The position numbers were made by a program, and so were the translations under genes. Below the pieces are notes generated by a model. The model had not been told where the DNA came from. It did no database searches and was given only the letters and a program-made list of their open reading frames with translations. 64,000 nt of DNA from Trichoplax sp. H2 (lineage: Eukaryota), in NCBI GenBank assembly GCA_003344405.1, contig NOWV01000030.1, forward strand, positions 1 to 64,000, written 5' to 3'. Positions 29,301 through 40,362 of this stretch are shown here, piece by piece. The stretch's first letter is position 1; each line of letters begins with the position of its first letter.

Positions 29301-30126
29301 AAACTATTATATTGATTAACTGGTTGGAATGGTAATGGATAGAAGAATTATATACAGTACAAATTACACAATACTCAGTCAGCCAGAAATAATGTTTGTA
29401 GTTAATTCGCAAAGATTCGTAGAACAATAAAGAAATCAACCTTAAAAGTAAGAAAGGACTATGATATGATATGGCTTATGTTTAAAGTACTGATTTTAAT
29501 TACCGATTCCTATACGATTTTCTCCTATACCCTACGATAAAGAGCATCTTTTATATTTTCGAAATAGATAAAACTGATTGATAGTTATAACTCGAGGAGT
29601 AATAATTTGTTTCGATAGGTTATGGTTGACATTGAGAGATTAACGAATAAAAGTAATTTCTATGGGCTGATAGATAATAATGCTGATAAGTTATTTTTAA
29701 TAAATTGTATAATGCTTACTCTGTATCTTCTAAAATGATTCCATTATTTGGAGGACTAGCCGCAATAACTTGATTCTTTTCATTGATTTCAGTAACTTGA
29801 TTCTCTTCATTAATTTCAATATCTTGGCACTTATTTTCAGCTTCTTTGCGTAATGTTTGACCCAATGAGACTAAAATTTCTGTATCGCTTAATTCTAAAA
29901 CTTTGCAAAATCTATAAAACTCTTCATTGCTTTTCTGTTGTAAAATTTGTAAAAATCTGATATTTCTACGTTTCAGATTTCTTTCACGCCTAATCTGTCG
30001 CTGATCTATACCTTGCAATACTTTCTCATTGAGCAGCTTATCTAATAAAGAGGTAATGGATAAATTTTTAATTAAACTTTCATAACTGTCTTCGATAGCT
30101 TCTCTTTCGTGATTGCCAATTGTCAT
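26311..30126 (-). CDS. CARD-like death-fold domain + RCC1-like (HERC2-type RLD) beta-propeller protein, paralogue B
   Basis: Exons 30126-29720, 28461-28272, 28186-28011, 27886-27652, 27088-26889, 26626-26311 (GT-AG). Exon 1 is CARD-like (ESLIKNLSITSLLDKLLNEKVL...FLQILQQKSNEEFYRFCKVL). Blades: VFAWGNNHSGELG, GELYSWG, GKLYTWGYGGLGCLGHG, IAAGSLHWLACTIYGEIYAWGNNDAGQLG, VSCGFSHCFAW. Intron positions mirror paralogue A. An extra small exon in the first intron cannot be excluded. Confidence 0.86.
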
Positions 30127-33100
30127 GATTCATTTCTTGATGTGTCGGACGGAAAGTTTTGAAAAATATTTAGTTGAATGAAATAAATAAATGACTTTGG
30201 TTGCGATCGGAAGCCGAGAACGTTTGCATGTAACACTATGAGACCAAAAGCTCCATGCGGTGTGAAAGACTTTCAAAAAATTGCTAGTATTTCAAATATT
30301 GAATCTATTTTTCTGAGTAAGGTGATTCTTTATGTTCTCTAATCTAGGATTACTATAAAAATTAGTTTGAGTGGGTGTACCAAACGATCGTCGGAGAAAA
30401 TGCTAATGATGCCGTTCCAATAGACTTTAATTAGACTTATCCAGAATAAAATAATAGCTAGTATGAATCAGTTAACATGATTAATTGGCATTAATGCAAA
30501 CACTGAAAGTCCAGAATGGCAATCTTGATGGATATAGAATGACTGGTGCAGTCGCTGAATCCGAACTAATGCGCCATGTAGGCGTAACCTATGAAATGTC
30601 TGGTAAATATTTCATTAGCTATCATCGTAATTCAATAGCACGATTAAACTAATATTAATTAGGGTATTGTTCAGGAAATAATTATTATTAAGTCCGACAT
30701 TAAATTAACATGACATAGTTGATATGTGGAGACAGTTTTAGATATTTCAACATAACATCGGGACATATAGTATAATTAAGTTTCAGAAGATTGAAAGAAA
30801 ATAGACGAGCTTTAAAATCAGATTATTCATTTTTTTAGACTATAGACCAAATGATGATTGATAACGGTGATATATTTGATAGTGTGTAAAATTTGGAAGA
30901 GTGTACTATAACAAGTCTGCTGCCGTGTATAGATTATAGACATCGAGACAAGTTATCTATCATAATGATCAGTATTCATAATATTAGGATAATAATATGA
31001 AGATGTGTCCATATTACATAAATTCGATTTATTTTAACTGTATATGGGTAAGTTCATAGGTACTTTTTATCTTCATCTTATTTTAATGTAGAAATCATAT
31101 TCCTACAGTAAGGAAAGCCACTATGCTTCTATCATGAGTTGAATAGTAAACATCTGGAAAAAAAAGGAATGAACGGGAAGTGGCGATTAGAATAGTTCGA
31201 GCGTGAGAAGAGTAACAACAGACTACGTTATTTCCATTATTAACAATAAATAACAGTCAATAAGAGAACGGCTTAATGCATTGATTATAATTATTATTAG
31301 AGCTAAATCGAGTAGAAAAATGCTGGATGGCTATAAACGATATAGTAGGTTACTGCGCTCAATATCAGTCATTTTATTCGAATTATTGCACTTGGGTTCA
31401 TAAGCCTTCATAGTTTTAAATAGAGAAGTACTGTACATTCTTCAACGTTATTATCATCATAATTGTTATTTGAATTGCTGATTATATTTACTTATAAACT
31501 CAAGTTATATCATTACGGCAAAATTTTCGCCCTATTAAATAATTGTCACGGTACGAACTACCGTAAAGAAATAGCTATCTGAATTAGGTGAATATAATAT
31601 AGTGATAATATATTACAACTAGTTACTTACAATAGGAATTACTCTAATTATAAATGTGTTACAGTAAATTTAATGTTGTGCTGTAACGTGCACTGAAATG
31701 ATCTGTGAATGGACATGTTGTAGTCCGACTGTGAAAAATTAGTTAGTAGATGTTCTCACCTAAGTATTTTTATAAGATGACTCATGAATGTTAGCTGCTG
31801 TAGATGGGTATATAAGCCCGTCAGATAGTTGAATAAAAGTAGTTCTCAATTGTCTAGTTGAGTTTAACGTAGAATCAAAGGCGTCTAAATTCTTGTGAGG
31901 TAGTTAAGGGATACAGAATCCCGGAGATTATAGTAATTGAGAGATTTATTTTACGTTATCCTTGTCACGAAGCTGGTTTGTGACAATAATCGTAATGGAC
32001 AATCAATTTAATGGTATTATCCAGAAAGAACGAGGTTCCGACTGAATTTTATTGCTTTATTTGAATATTATATCATTCATGATAAGAATGAAGAATTTAA
32101 TCCATACTTTCATGTTATCTAAATAGTCCTACTGCTTGCTGATGCAAATGTGCAGAGTCAATAAGTGAGGCTACTACTCTAGTCCTCTACCGTGTTGAAA
32201 TCATAAAAAGATTTCCATTCTTCAAAATTTATAACGGGAACATAGCACTAAATGAAATTCTTTGGAACCATTACATGAGCCCGTATATTAATTATAAGGT
32301 TATATTTGTTAGTAGGAATTTCGAATAAGCAAATATCTTTTATTTGTTTAGTTACCATTTGAAATCATGATGTATGAACTGTGATATATTAATTCAGTCA
32401 GCGAAATGACAGGACGTTAAGCTAGCTATTTATTCATTTCTTCGAATAATCTTTCCGACACAAGAATTTGTGCAATGAGGAGTGCAAGAAGGCTAACGAA
32501 GATGATATCATGTACTAATCCATCAGACTGTTGTTATTTTTTGCAAATGAAGCATTGGCGATTATGTCAACACGTTACTTTATTAACTCAATTTGACAGT
32601 AGTACTTGGTGTATGTATTATGGTTAAAACTTGAATTTGGCCAATGCTAGGGTTGACTCAATGACCATATTGAGGGTTCAATAGTCCCCATAACATTGGC
32701 CTTACTACGCTAAAGCACAGTACCGTATGAATATCATTAAATATAGTAGTAAAATAGGACGCAATCGCGAATTTTTTCAAACTGTATGGAAGCGCCATCA
32801 AGTCTCCATTCTCTTTTGGTGATCAACAAGCAAAATATCAACATGCTCCAAATTTTACCCTGTCAGATCAAAATTTTTTGCTGACATGGCAAGATGATGA
32901 ACCAGGTGTCAAAAGCGGAAGTTGGATAAAGCAATCTCCGAGTAGCTCGCTAAATAAAATGCGTATGAAAAGTAGTATTGTAGAAGCATAGTTGTGAATA
33001 TACTGTAGTAGTGCCCGGCTATTACCGGGATATATACAGTATGTCTGTTAATTATTAACAAATGGGCACATTATCGTAAACCGTCAGCAAAGCGACGCGA

Positions 33101-33600
33101 GTTTGTACTAGTCTATACTAATTTGTCCAAAATGGTTTAGGGCTACTGTACATTCTATGATTCTACTATCAACAAGTCCTAAGTAGAGTGTACTTGATCT
33201 TGGAGAGGAAGGGTACAATATATAAATTAGTACTGGACTGCAGACCAACTGCAGGGTTTTAGCCAACGATTGCAAGTAAAAGTCAGCCATCACCTTTTGA
33301 AATACTGATCCAACGCCATTTTTAGAAATGACCCCAAAATGAAGTTGGATCAGTCATTTCAAAGAGGACTGGACTACTTTTAGTCACTAGAATTTCAATA
33401 TCAAGAGACCGCCACAAATGGATACTCAAGCTTGAATAGTAGTCTACAACCAATGCAAGTATGGATTGGATCGTCTACATATCGAATTCTAATATAGTTG
33501 TCCATCGCTGGCTGTAATCCGTTCCATTTCGATTTTGGATCGGTGTCTTTTTGAGCAGTGACGATCTTGTAGGCAGACCATACAGTACACTACAGTATGC

Positions 33601-33739
33601 TGTGGGGAAAGAGTCTCTCTGTCCAGGTTGTCTGAGGTCATTGTAAAATGTACAGTACTGTACCGACTGTACTGTGGAGAAAGAGTCTGTCTCTCTGTCT
33701 AGCTTGTCTGAGGTCATTGTAAAATGTAGAGTACTGTAC
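33601..33739. repeat. Two-copy ~70-bp direct repeat
   Basis: 'tgtgg(g/a)gaaagagtct...ttgtctgaggtcattgtaaaatgta(c/g)agtactgtac' at ~33601 and ~33673. A short duplication 'gaccgtcccggac' x2 follows at ~33820-33848. Confidence 0.85.
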
Positions 33740-36117
33740 TGTACAGTACATAGTTCCGTTAAGAATACTGTAGAGTGTACTGTAGAGTGGAGACTCTCCG
33801 TGGTCCCAGTGTCGTGGTAGACCGTCCCGGACCAGACCGTCCCGGACTAGATCATGAGGATCGCTAGTGGTAAGGACAAGGGGAAAAAGAATAATAAAGG
33901 GAAAAAAGAAGAAGAATAATAGAGAAAATTAGAGTGCTATTCAACAGTTCATTGTAGTGGACGACCTTGCGTACGTAGGCATTTTGAACGCCCTTCTTTG
34001 GTGTTTACATTTTTGATCACCTTGCAAATTGGATAGCAATGATGGATTCTTGAAAGATTCAACACGCATGATTGCAAGTGATTATTGATGTACAGGGAAA
34101 GACTAAAGGAGAGCACGTATTATCCAAGTGGCAAGATTACTGACTGAATTGGTGTGGATAATTGATGATTTTCCTACTGGATGGCAAGCCATCGAACTTG
34201 ATCTTGTTACCATTGTTGCAAAGCTTTCGGTTTATGGCAAGAGACTATACAGTAAGGTACAGTACGATCATCTTGCATGTTGGAAAAAGAAAATTTCCAA
34301 ATGATCATGTCCAATGGATGTAACATAAGTCAGTCGTATGTGTACAACGTAGTATTGAATCGTCTAGTTCACCTTGTTGATGCCATTTCTACATTTCTTG
34401 TCTGGAAATGGGTGTACATGGTCTTGGATGTCTTACTTGCTGATTGATCGTTGATTATGGGTGAAGGGTAGTTTGAACAGGAGAGTTTTTTGGGACGAAA
34501 ACCAACTGCAAATGACAATGTTGTTGTTTTGATCAGGCGCTGAGATGAAGATTGTAAATTCATACCGCCTTGTTCACGACTAATTTTATCATACAGTAAA
34601 TAGATAATACGGTAGATAGTTTCTTCATCCACTACTTCCTGGATTTTTCCACGCCTGGAAAAATTCATACTGATGTAGTCGATACGACTGAATAGAGTCG
34701 TTCACACGCAATCAATAGTGGACTCACAACATGAAATTTTACCACCCATTGGATACTAGCGTTGCGTACAATCATGTCAATTTATGATATCGGTAGCGGG
34801 ATGGATAAATGTATTGCTTGTCTATCTAGCTATTAACCAGTCCACGAAGAATCCGAATAGACGTAGGCAATTGTTATGAGGTACACGCATTGATTGCGTT
34901 TACTATCTGTATACGACGAATACATATCCGCGCGGCACTGTAAAAAAGATCGTATGGCGATGGAAAATGAATTAATTAATGAACCGCATCATGGTGTATA
35001 ATATAGACAGTACGGATATAATTGTACTCTACAGTGTACAATATACACTATTAATTCATTAATTATAGAATAAACTAGTAGAATATATATACACTTTTCA
35101 AAATTGATATCAACCATCGCAGTTGAAGAGTAATGGAAGAGATCATGCCGTTGCAATTTCATTTTCTTGCCTACTACTGAAGAGAAGTGAAGCCTTTTCA
35201 TACATTCTCCCTGCTATTTTCATGGACTCGTATAAGTTTTGAACTACACAAGTAGAGCATTCCTACGATATACCACGAGGCTGTTAGGAATTTCCTATGT
35301 TAAAGATTTACTACTAAGTTATTGGTAGTCCATACTGTGTTTGAACATTTGCCTACTTCTGCGCTCAGGCTGCTAATGAGAGACCATTGAATACTTGTTT
35401 TACTTCACATTCAAACTGCAGTAACATTTTTGCTGACATTGATAGATGTTCAATATTTTGACTTATCAACCAACTAGCCCTTACTAGTTACAACTTTATT
35501 TGTATCCTATGGATATGGTATCGGTCTAGCATCGTCCAATAGTTCTACAACTTCTACCCGTATCACTACTGCAGATCTTGATTTTTCGAATATACAGTAA
35601 ATTGAAATACAGTACATCCATATCCAAGAATTGCTATATATGCGTAGTATATGTGCGTATACTCCAAGCCTATCGAGTATATTTTCGCAAAGCCTTTTCT
35701 GACAATACTGTCACAACTTATTAACAGAGTAAAAGTATTTGATATACCATGCTACCTACGATCAACTACTGTACAACAACTTCACAGTATTGTCATACCG
35801 AGTATATATATACAGTATCTAACAGTAACGTGTTTATATCAACCTCCAGATATATTGATGTACGTTAAAATGTGCCATAGCATATTGATGATTTTACCTG
35901 AGTGTATTATAAGAAATTGAAATGGACAAATTGCCTTACTTAAATTAATAAATTTATGTATTGTATTTTTATGACTACAGCTCTGTGGAAGCTTATGCTC
36001 CTGTAAATCAACTACGACGATATTTGAATCGCGATATTGGATCACGTTGAAAGGTTATTTCTACGTGATGTATATTTTTGTCCCTGCAATTCTACATACA
36101 CGGTCAAGTTTGGGATA

Positions 36118-39100
36118 ATGCAATCTCGTAGTCAATCAGATAGTGCTAACGGAACAAATGCCAAGTTAGCTCACAAGGCCAATGTAACTGCTGCTTATGA
36201 AATCCAAAAAAATTTGAAATATGATTTCAAAGATTCGTCGTTGCTTCTTACTGCGCTTGGTAAAGACAACAAATTGGATACATCTATAGGATTGCCAGGT
36301 CGTTATGGAAATCAACAAATACTAGAGATGATCGGTGATGCCTGGTTGCGCTTTGTGGTTTTATATAAGCTATACGAAATGAAAGAACATACCGATGGAT
36401 CTGCTAAATCGTTTAATGACGCTACTAAATGGTTGGTCTCTAATGATACTGTCTTACCGGAAATAGGTAAAAGATTAGGTTTAGAAAAATGTATTCGAAA
36501 TATTACCGATAAAAAAAAATATTTGGCTAATTACACGGAAGCAATCCTCGGCGCTGCTGTTATTGACGATCGTAATTTACATCGATCCTTTCAAGTTGTC
36601 GACCGACTCTGGTCCCCATACATCAACACTTATAAGAACAACGATAATAATTGCGATGCAAGACCGCTCTTTGTTAGCCAAGAAATAACGAATCAAAATC
36701 AAGCTAATGATGAAAAAACTCATGGTAATGATTTTCATTTACCTGAGCTCATTCCAAATGCCGACTACAATCAAACTGATCACGATTCACAATCAAGCAA
36801 GGAGAGCTTTGCAATAGGTAACGATGATAAAAAATGTCCATATACAGCCATGGTTAATCCCGACAACGTTACGGCTACAGTTAAACCGTCAACGGAAGCA
36901 CATCATTCAAATGAAAGTAATCAATTTGATACGGCTGAGTCTAATACCGTTATAAAAGTCAAGAAAGTTGCAATTAATACGACAGTTGATAGCCACGTTG
37001 ACGGCCTATCTGTAGCTCAAAGCAAGTTAATTGTGCAGAAGGCATTTAGTAGTTTTTGCAATAGTTTGAGTGTATTCCAAAAGATGGTTTCACAACTCCC
37101 AGATATTAATTGTCGACACGGGAGTGCTGGCGATACAATATTAATGAAAATTGTTACGGCAAGTAAATTAAATAATTCTAAAAAACTGGAGAGGATACAA
37201 TTTTTACTCGATCATGGTGCATCGTGGAACGTGAAAAATAACGAGGGTTTAGACGCTCTCAGTATCTGTCAGAGCAAAAATCCTGATCTTATTCTGCAGT
37301 TAAAGCGAAAGGGATTGATTAGTAATGATGGACAAATAAATGATGCAGATAAGCTTAATGATAAAGAGCAAGATAACAAGATTATGCTCAATCGGCATAT
37401 AGTTGATCCTGATGCTATTAAACATAGCAATCATGTCGCATCTAATGTAACAGTTAATAGCCACACTGAAGGAAAATCGACACCTCAAAGCGATTTAATG
37501 GAGCATAAAGCATTTAGCAGTTATTGTAGTAATTTTAATATGTTTAAAAATATTATCACGCAAGTCTCAAATGTTAATTATCGACATGGTAAAGCTGGCG
37601 AAACTATATTGATGAAAATTATTACTACAAAAAATCTAGATAATTCTGATAAACTGCAGAGGATACAGCTTTTACGCAATTGTGGTGCGTCGTGGAAATT
37701 GAAAAATTTTGAGGGATTAGACGCCCTCAGCATCTGTCAGAGAAAAAATCCTGATCTTATGTCGCTTTTAAAACTAAAAGGATTGATTGGTAATAACGTT
37801 CAAGAAGCTCCCACTGAAATCAATAAAAAAGAGGATGGTGTTGTCTCGCCAACCTTCAATCGAAATCAAAAAAATAAAATATGTGAATTATCGGTGGTCA
37901 AAAATGACGATCGGGCTATCGATAAAGAGCAGGAAAACATCAATAATCTGTTTTCTAATCATTGCAATAGCTTCTCAAATCTCAAGATGGCAGTTAATCA
38001 GGTTAAAGATATTAATTGTAAAAAGAATGACGATGGAGGAGATAACATTTTGATGACTATCCTGAAATGCACAAGGCTTGCTGATGAGAAAAAGATAGAA
38101 AGGATCAGATTTCTTCTATCTCGTGGTGCTTCCTGGAAAGCTACAAATAATTCTTCCGTGAATGCAGTGAATGTTGGTTTAAAATATTGTCCACAGTTAA
38201 TGAATACGTTAATAGAGCAAGGACGAGTAGATCAACATGCGTTAAAGAAATGTAGCCGGCTATTACCTACAAGCTACTCAAATCAAAACACTGTTAAAGA
38301 TACTAAATTGCCTAAAACTGCAATTGTAAATGATCATATTCAACTAGTCGATCATGCTATTAACGACAACAATAAAGCCCTATTTCCAGAACTTTATCAA
38401 GATATTGATCAATTTAAAACTGCAGTCTTAAAATTACCAGATTTGAATTCCACTTGGATTTCAGGTAATACTATATTAATGACAATATTACAAAGTCCCT
38501 TTTTAGATAGTCAAGAGAAAATAGAGAAGATAGAAATTCTTGTACAATTGGGAGCTTCTTGGTATGCCACTAATGAGCATGGCAAGAATGCTATCGATGT
38601 AGGTTTAAAAGCATGCCCAAAGATATTGGCTAAACTTATCAGAGCGGATTCTGTAAAACAAGATAATATCTTTCAATCGAAAGTTAAAGAAAGGGCAGAA
38701 CTACTAACACGTACGGGAAAATTTCAAACAGAAAATGCTTTTGATATTAGTCAAAAGGACAATGTTGTAGAATTATCCTGTCGCAAAGATAATACAAACC
38801 GAAAACTGTTTACACATTATTGTAAAGGAATGGACCGGTTTAAGGAAATTATAAAGGAATCTAGTAACTTAAATTGTAGAAATGATGGTAAAGTAGGTAA
38901 CACTGTTCTTATACTAATACTGCTAAATGAAACGATGGACGACGGTGTGAAAGTGGACAGGATAAAATTACTTGTTTCATCCGGCGCGTCATGGTATACT
39001 GCCAATAATTGTGGAATGAATGCAATTGATATTGGTTTGCAATCGTGTCCCAAGTTTCTGGCCGACTTAATCGAACAAGGTTTAGTCGGAGAATTATCTG

Positions 39101-40362
39101 AACATGATACAGATTCCTTAATTGATCAGAGCAGTAATGGAATTACAGTCTCTACTAATCAATCTTACAGTACATCTGACAGTGATGCAAGTGCTAGTAC
39201 GCCATTAGTGCAGGGTCAAGAAAAAGATGATGCTATGTTGAAGTTAAGTTATTGCAATAGTATCGATAAATTCAGAGATTCTATCCAAAAATTATCTAAT
39301 ATCAATGTTAGAAACTCTGGTAAGTCGGGTGATACTATCCTAATGACCATTCTACAAATTAAAAGACTAGATGAACCATCTAAAATCGAAAGAATAAAGA
39401 TTCTGCTATCGTCTAAAGCTTCATGGTATGCTACTAATAATCGTGGCCAGAATGCTATTGATCTATGCTTACAGAAATATCCAGATTTGTTAGCGAAGCT
39501 AATAAGAATGAAACTCATCAAGCAAGATGACATATTTAAATCTGTTGCTCAAGAAAAAGCTACTATGATTCAGTCTATAATTGGATCTGATCGTAATGGT
39601 AAGAGATCCGCGAATATGAAAACATGTCAAAATAGCATCGGCAGGAATGGTAATAGCAAATTTATAGAATTGATATCCAGTACAGAAACTTTAAACGATC
39701 CTATTATATTCACGTGTTATTGCGGTAACATGGATAAATTTAAAGATGTAGTGCAGGCAGCTAAGACCCTGGATTGTAGAAATTCAGGCAAGATAGGTAA
39801 TACTTTACTAATGATGCTATTGCAAAGCAAGAGATTGGATAAAAATTCTAAAATAGAAAGAATAAAGTTAGTGGTATCTTTTGGAGCTTCGTGGTATGCA
39901 GTCAATAAACAAGGTCAAAACGCTATTGATATTGGCTTACAGTTATGTCCTGACTTATTAGCCAGTTTAGTCGAACAAGGTCTAGTAAAATACGATAAAT
40001 CTTATTGTATTAAAGACCACCAAGGAGTAGCCATCGACAATTCTTCAGTTATGCCAGCTTCAGTACCGGACAGAAAGATACCGCCCTATTCGTCTGCTTC
40101 TAATGCGCCTTCTATACCAACCTATGGTAGTAATGCTGCTTACCCTTATATCTTTCCATCGTCTACAACACCTGCATTCAATAACAGTTTAGCACCGATA
40201 AATCATAATTATATACACTCTGGACTATATCCAAGTCAGGGACTTGTTACAAGTTCCTACATGCCTGGTCAGTGGCTTGGAAATAGTCCCTATCCAGATT
40301 TAATGCCATTATTTGCTCCGCCAGTACGAAGCAAGACTCAACACCCATCTATACGTCTATAG
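36118..40362 (+). CDS. RNase III-domain protein with seven atypical ankyrin-like modules and a Pro/Ser/Tyr-rich tail (1414 aa, intronless ORF)
   Basis: Single ORF from the first ATG at 36118. RNase III domain at ~36196-36625: EIQKNLKYDFKDSSLLLTAL, signature-like QQILEMIGD (cf. NERLEFLGD), LVSND...EIGKRLGL, LANYTEAILGAAVID (cf. LAD..EA.IGA...D). Seven ~90-aa modules 'G[DN]TILM.I.....L....K.ERI..L...GASW...N..G..A' at ~37042, 37510, 37948, 38380, 38806, 39238, 39703. Confidence 0.9.
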   Translation: MQSRSQSDSANGTNAKLAHKANVTAAYEIQKNLKYDFKDSSLLLTALGKDNKLDTSIGLPGRYGNQQILEMIGDAWLRFVVLYKLYEMKEHTDGSAKSFNDATKWLVSNDTVLPEIGKRLGLEKCIRNITDKKKYLANYTEAILGAAVIDDRNLHRSFQVVDRLWSPYINTYKNNDNNCDARPLFVSQEITNQNQANDEKTHGNDFHLPELIPNADYNQTDHDSQSSKESFAIGNDDKKCPYTAMVNPDNVTATVKPSTEAHHSNESNQFDTAESNTVIKVKKVAINTTVDSHVDGLSVAQSKLIVQKAFSSFCNSLSVFQKMVSQLPDINCRHGSAGDTILMKIVTASKLNNSKKLERIQFLLDHGASWNVKNNEGLDALSICQSKNPDLILQLKRKGLISNDGQINDADKLNDKEQDNKIMLNRHIVDPDAIKHSNHVASNVTVNSHTEGKSTPQSDLMEHKAFSSYCSNFNMFKNIITQVSNVNYRHGKAGETILMKIITTKNLDNSDKLQRIQLLRNCGASWKLKNFEGLDALSICQRKNPDLMSLLKLKGLIGNNVQEAPTEINKKEDGVVSPTFNRNQKNKICELSVVKNDDRAIDKEQENINNLFSNHCNSFSNLKMAVNQVKDINCKKNDDGGDNILMTILKCTRLADEKKIERIRFLLSRGASWKATNNSSVNAVNVGLKYCPQLMNTLIEQGRVDQHALKKCSRLLPTSYSNQNTVKDTKLPKTAIVNDHIQLVDHAINDNNKALFPELYQDIDQFKTAVLKLPDLNSTWISGNTILMTILQSPFLDSQEKIEKIEILVQLGASWYATNEHGKNAIDVGLKACPKILAKLIRADSVKQDNIFQSKVKERAELLTRTGKFQTENAFDISQKDNVVELSCRKDNTNRKLFTHYCKGMDRFKEIIKESSNLNCRNDGKVGNTVLILILLNETMDDGVKVDRIKLLVSSGASWYTANNCGMNAIDIGLQSCPKFLADLIEQGLVGELSEHDTDSLIDQSSNGITVSTNQSYSTSDSDASASTPLVQGQEKDDAMLKLSYCNSIDKFRDSIQKLSNINVRNSGKSGDTILMTILQIKRLDEPSKIERIKILLSSKASWYATNNRGQNAIDLCLQKYPDLLAKLIRMKLIKQDDIFKSVAQEKATMIQSIIGSDRNGKRSANMKTCQNSIGRNGNSKFIELISSTETLNDPIIFTCYCGNMDKFKDVVQAAKTLDCRNSGKIGNTLLMMLLQSKRLDKNSKIERIKLVVSFGASWYAVNKQGQNAIDIGLQLCPDLLASLVEQGLVKYDKSYCIKDHQGVAIDNSSVMPASVPDRKIPPYSSASNAPSIPTYGSNAAYPYIFPSSTTPAFNNSLAPINHNYIHSGLYPSQGLVTSSYMPGQWLGNSPYPDLMPLFAPPVRSKTQHPSIRL

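Noticed and set aside
20817..30126. Annotation as HERC2 fragments
   Set aside because: Each gene starts with a CARD-like exon and stops immediately after one propeller; no HECT or other HERC2 domains are present in the window.
36037..36117. 27-aa N-terminal extension given in the ORF track
   Set aside because: It begins at TTG. The first in-frame ATG is at 36118; an upstream exon is not excluded.
36118..40362. Annotation as Dicer or Drosha
   Set aside because: Only one RNase III domain, at the N-terminus; no helicase, PAZ or dsRBD is recognisable.
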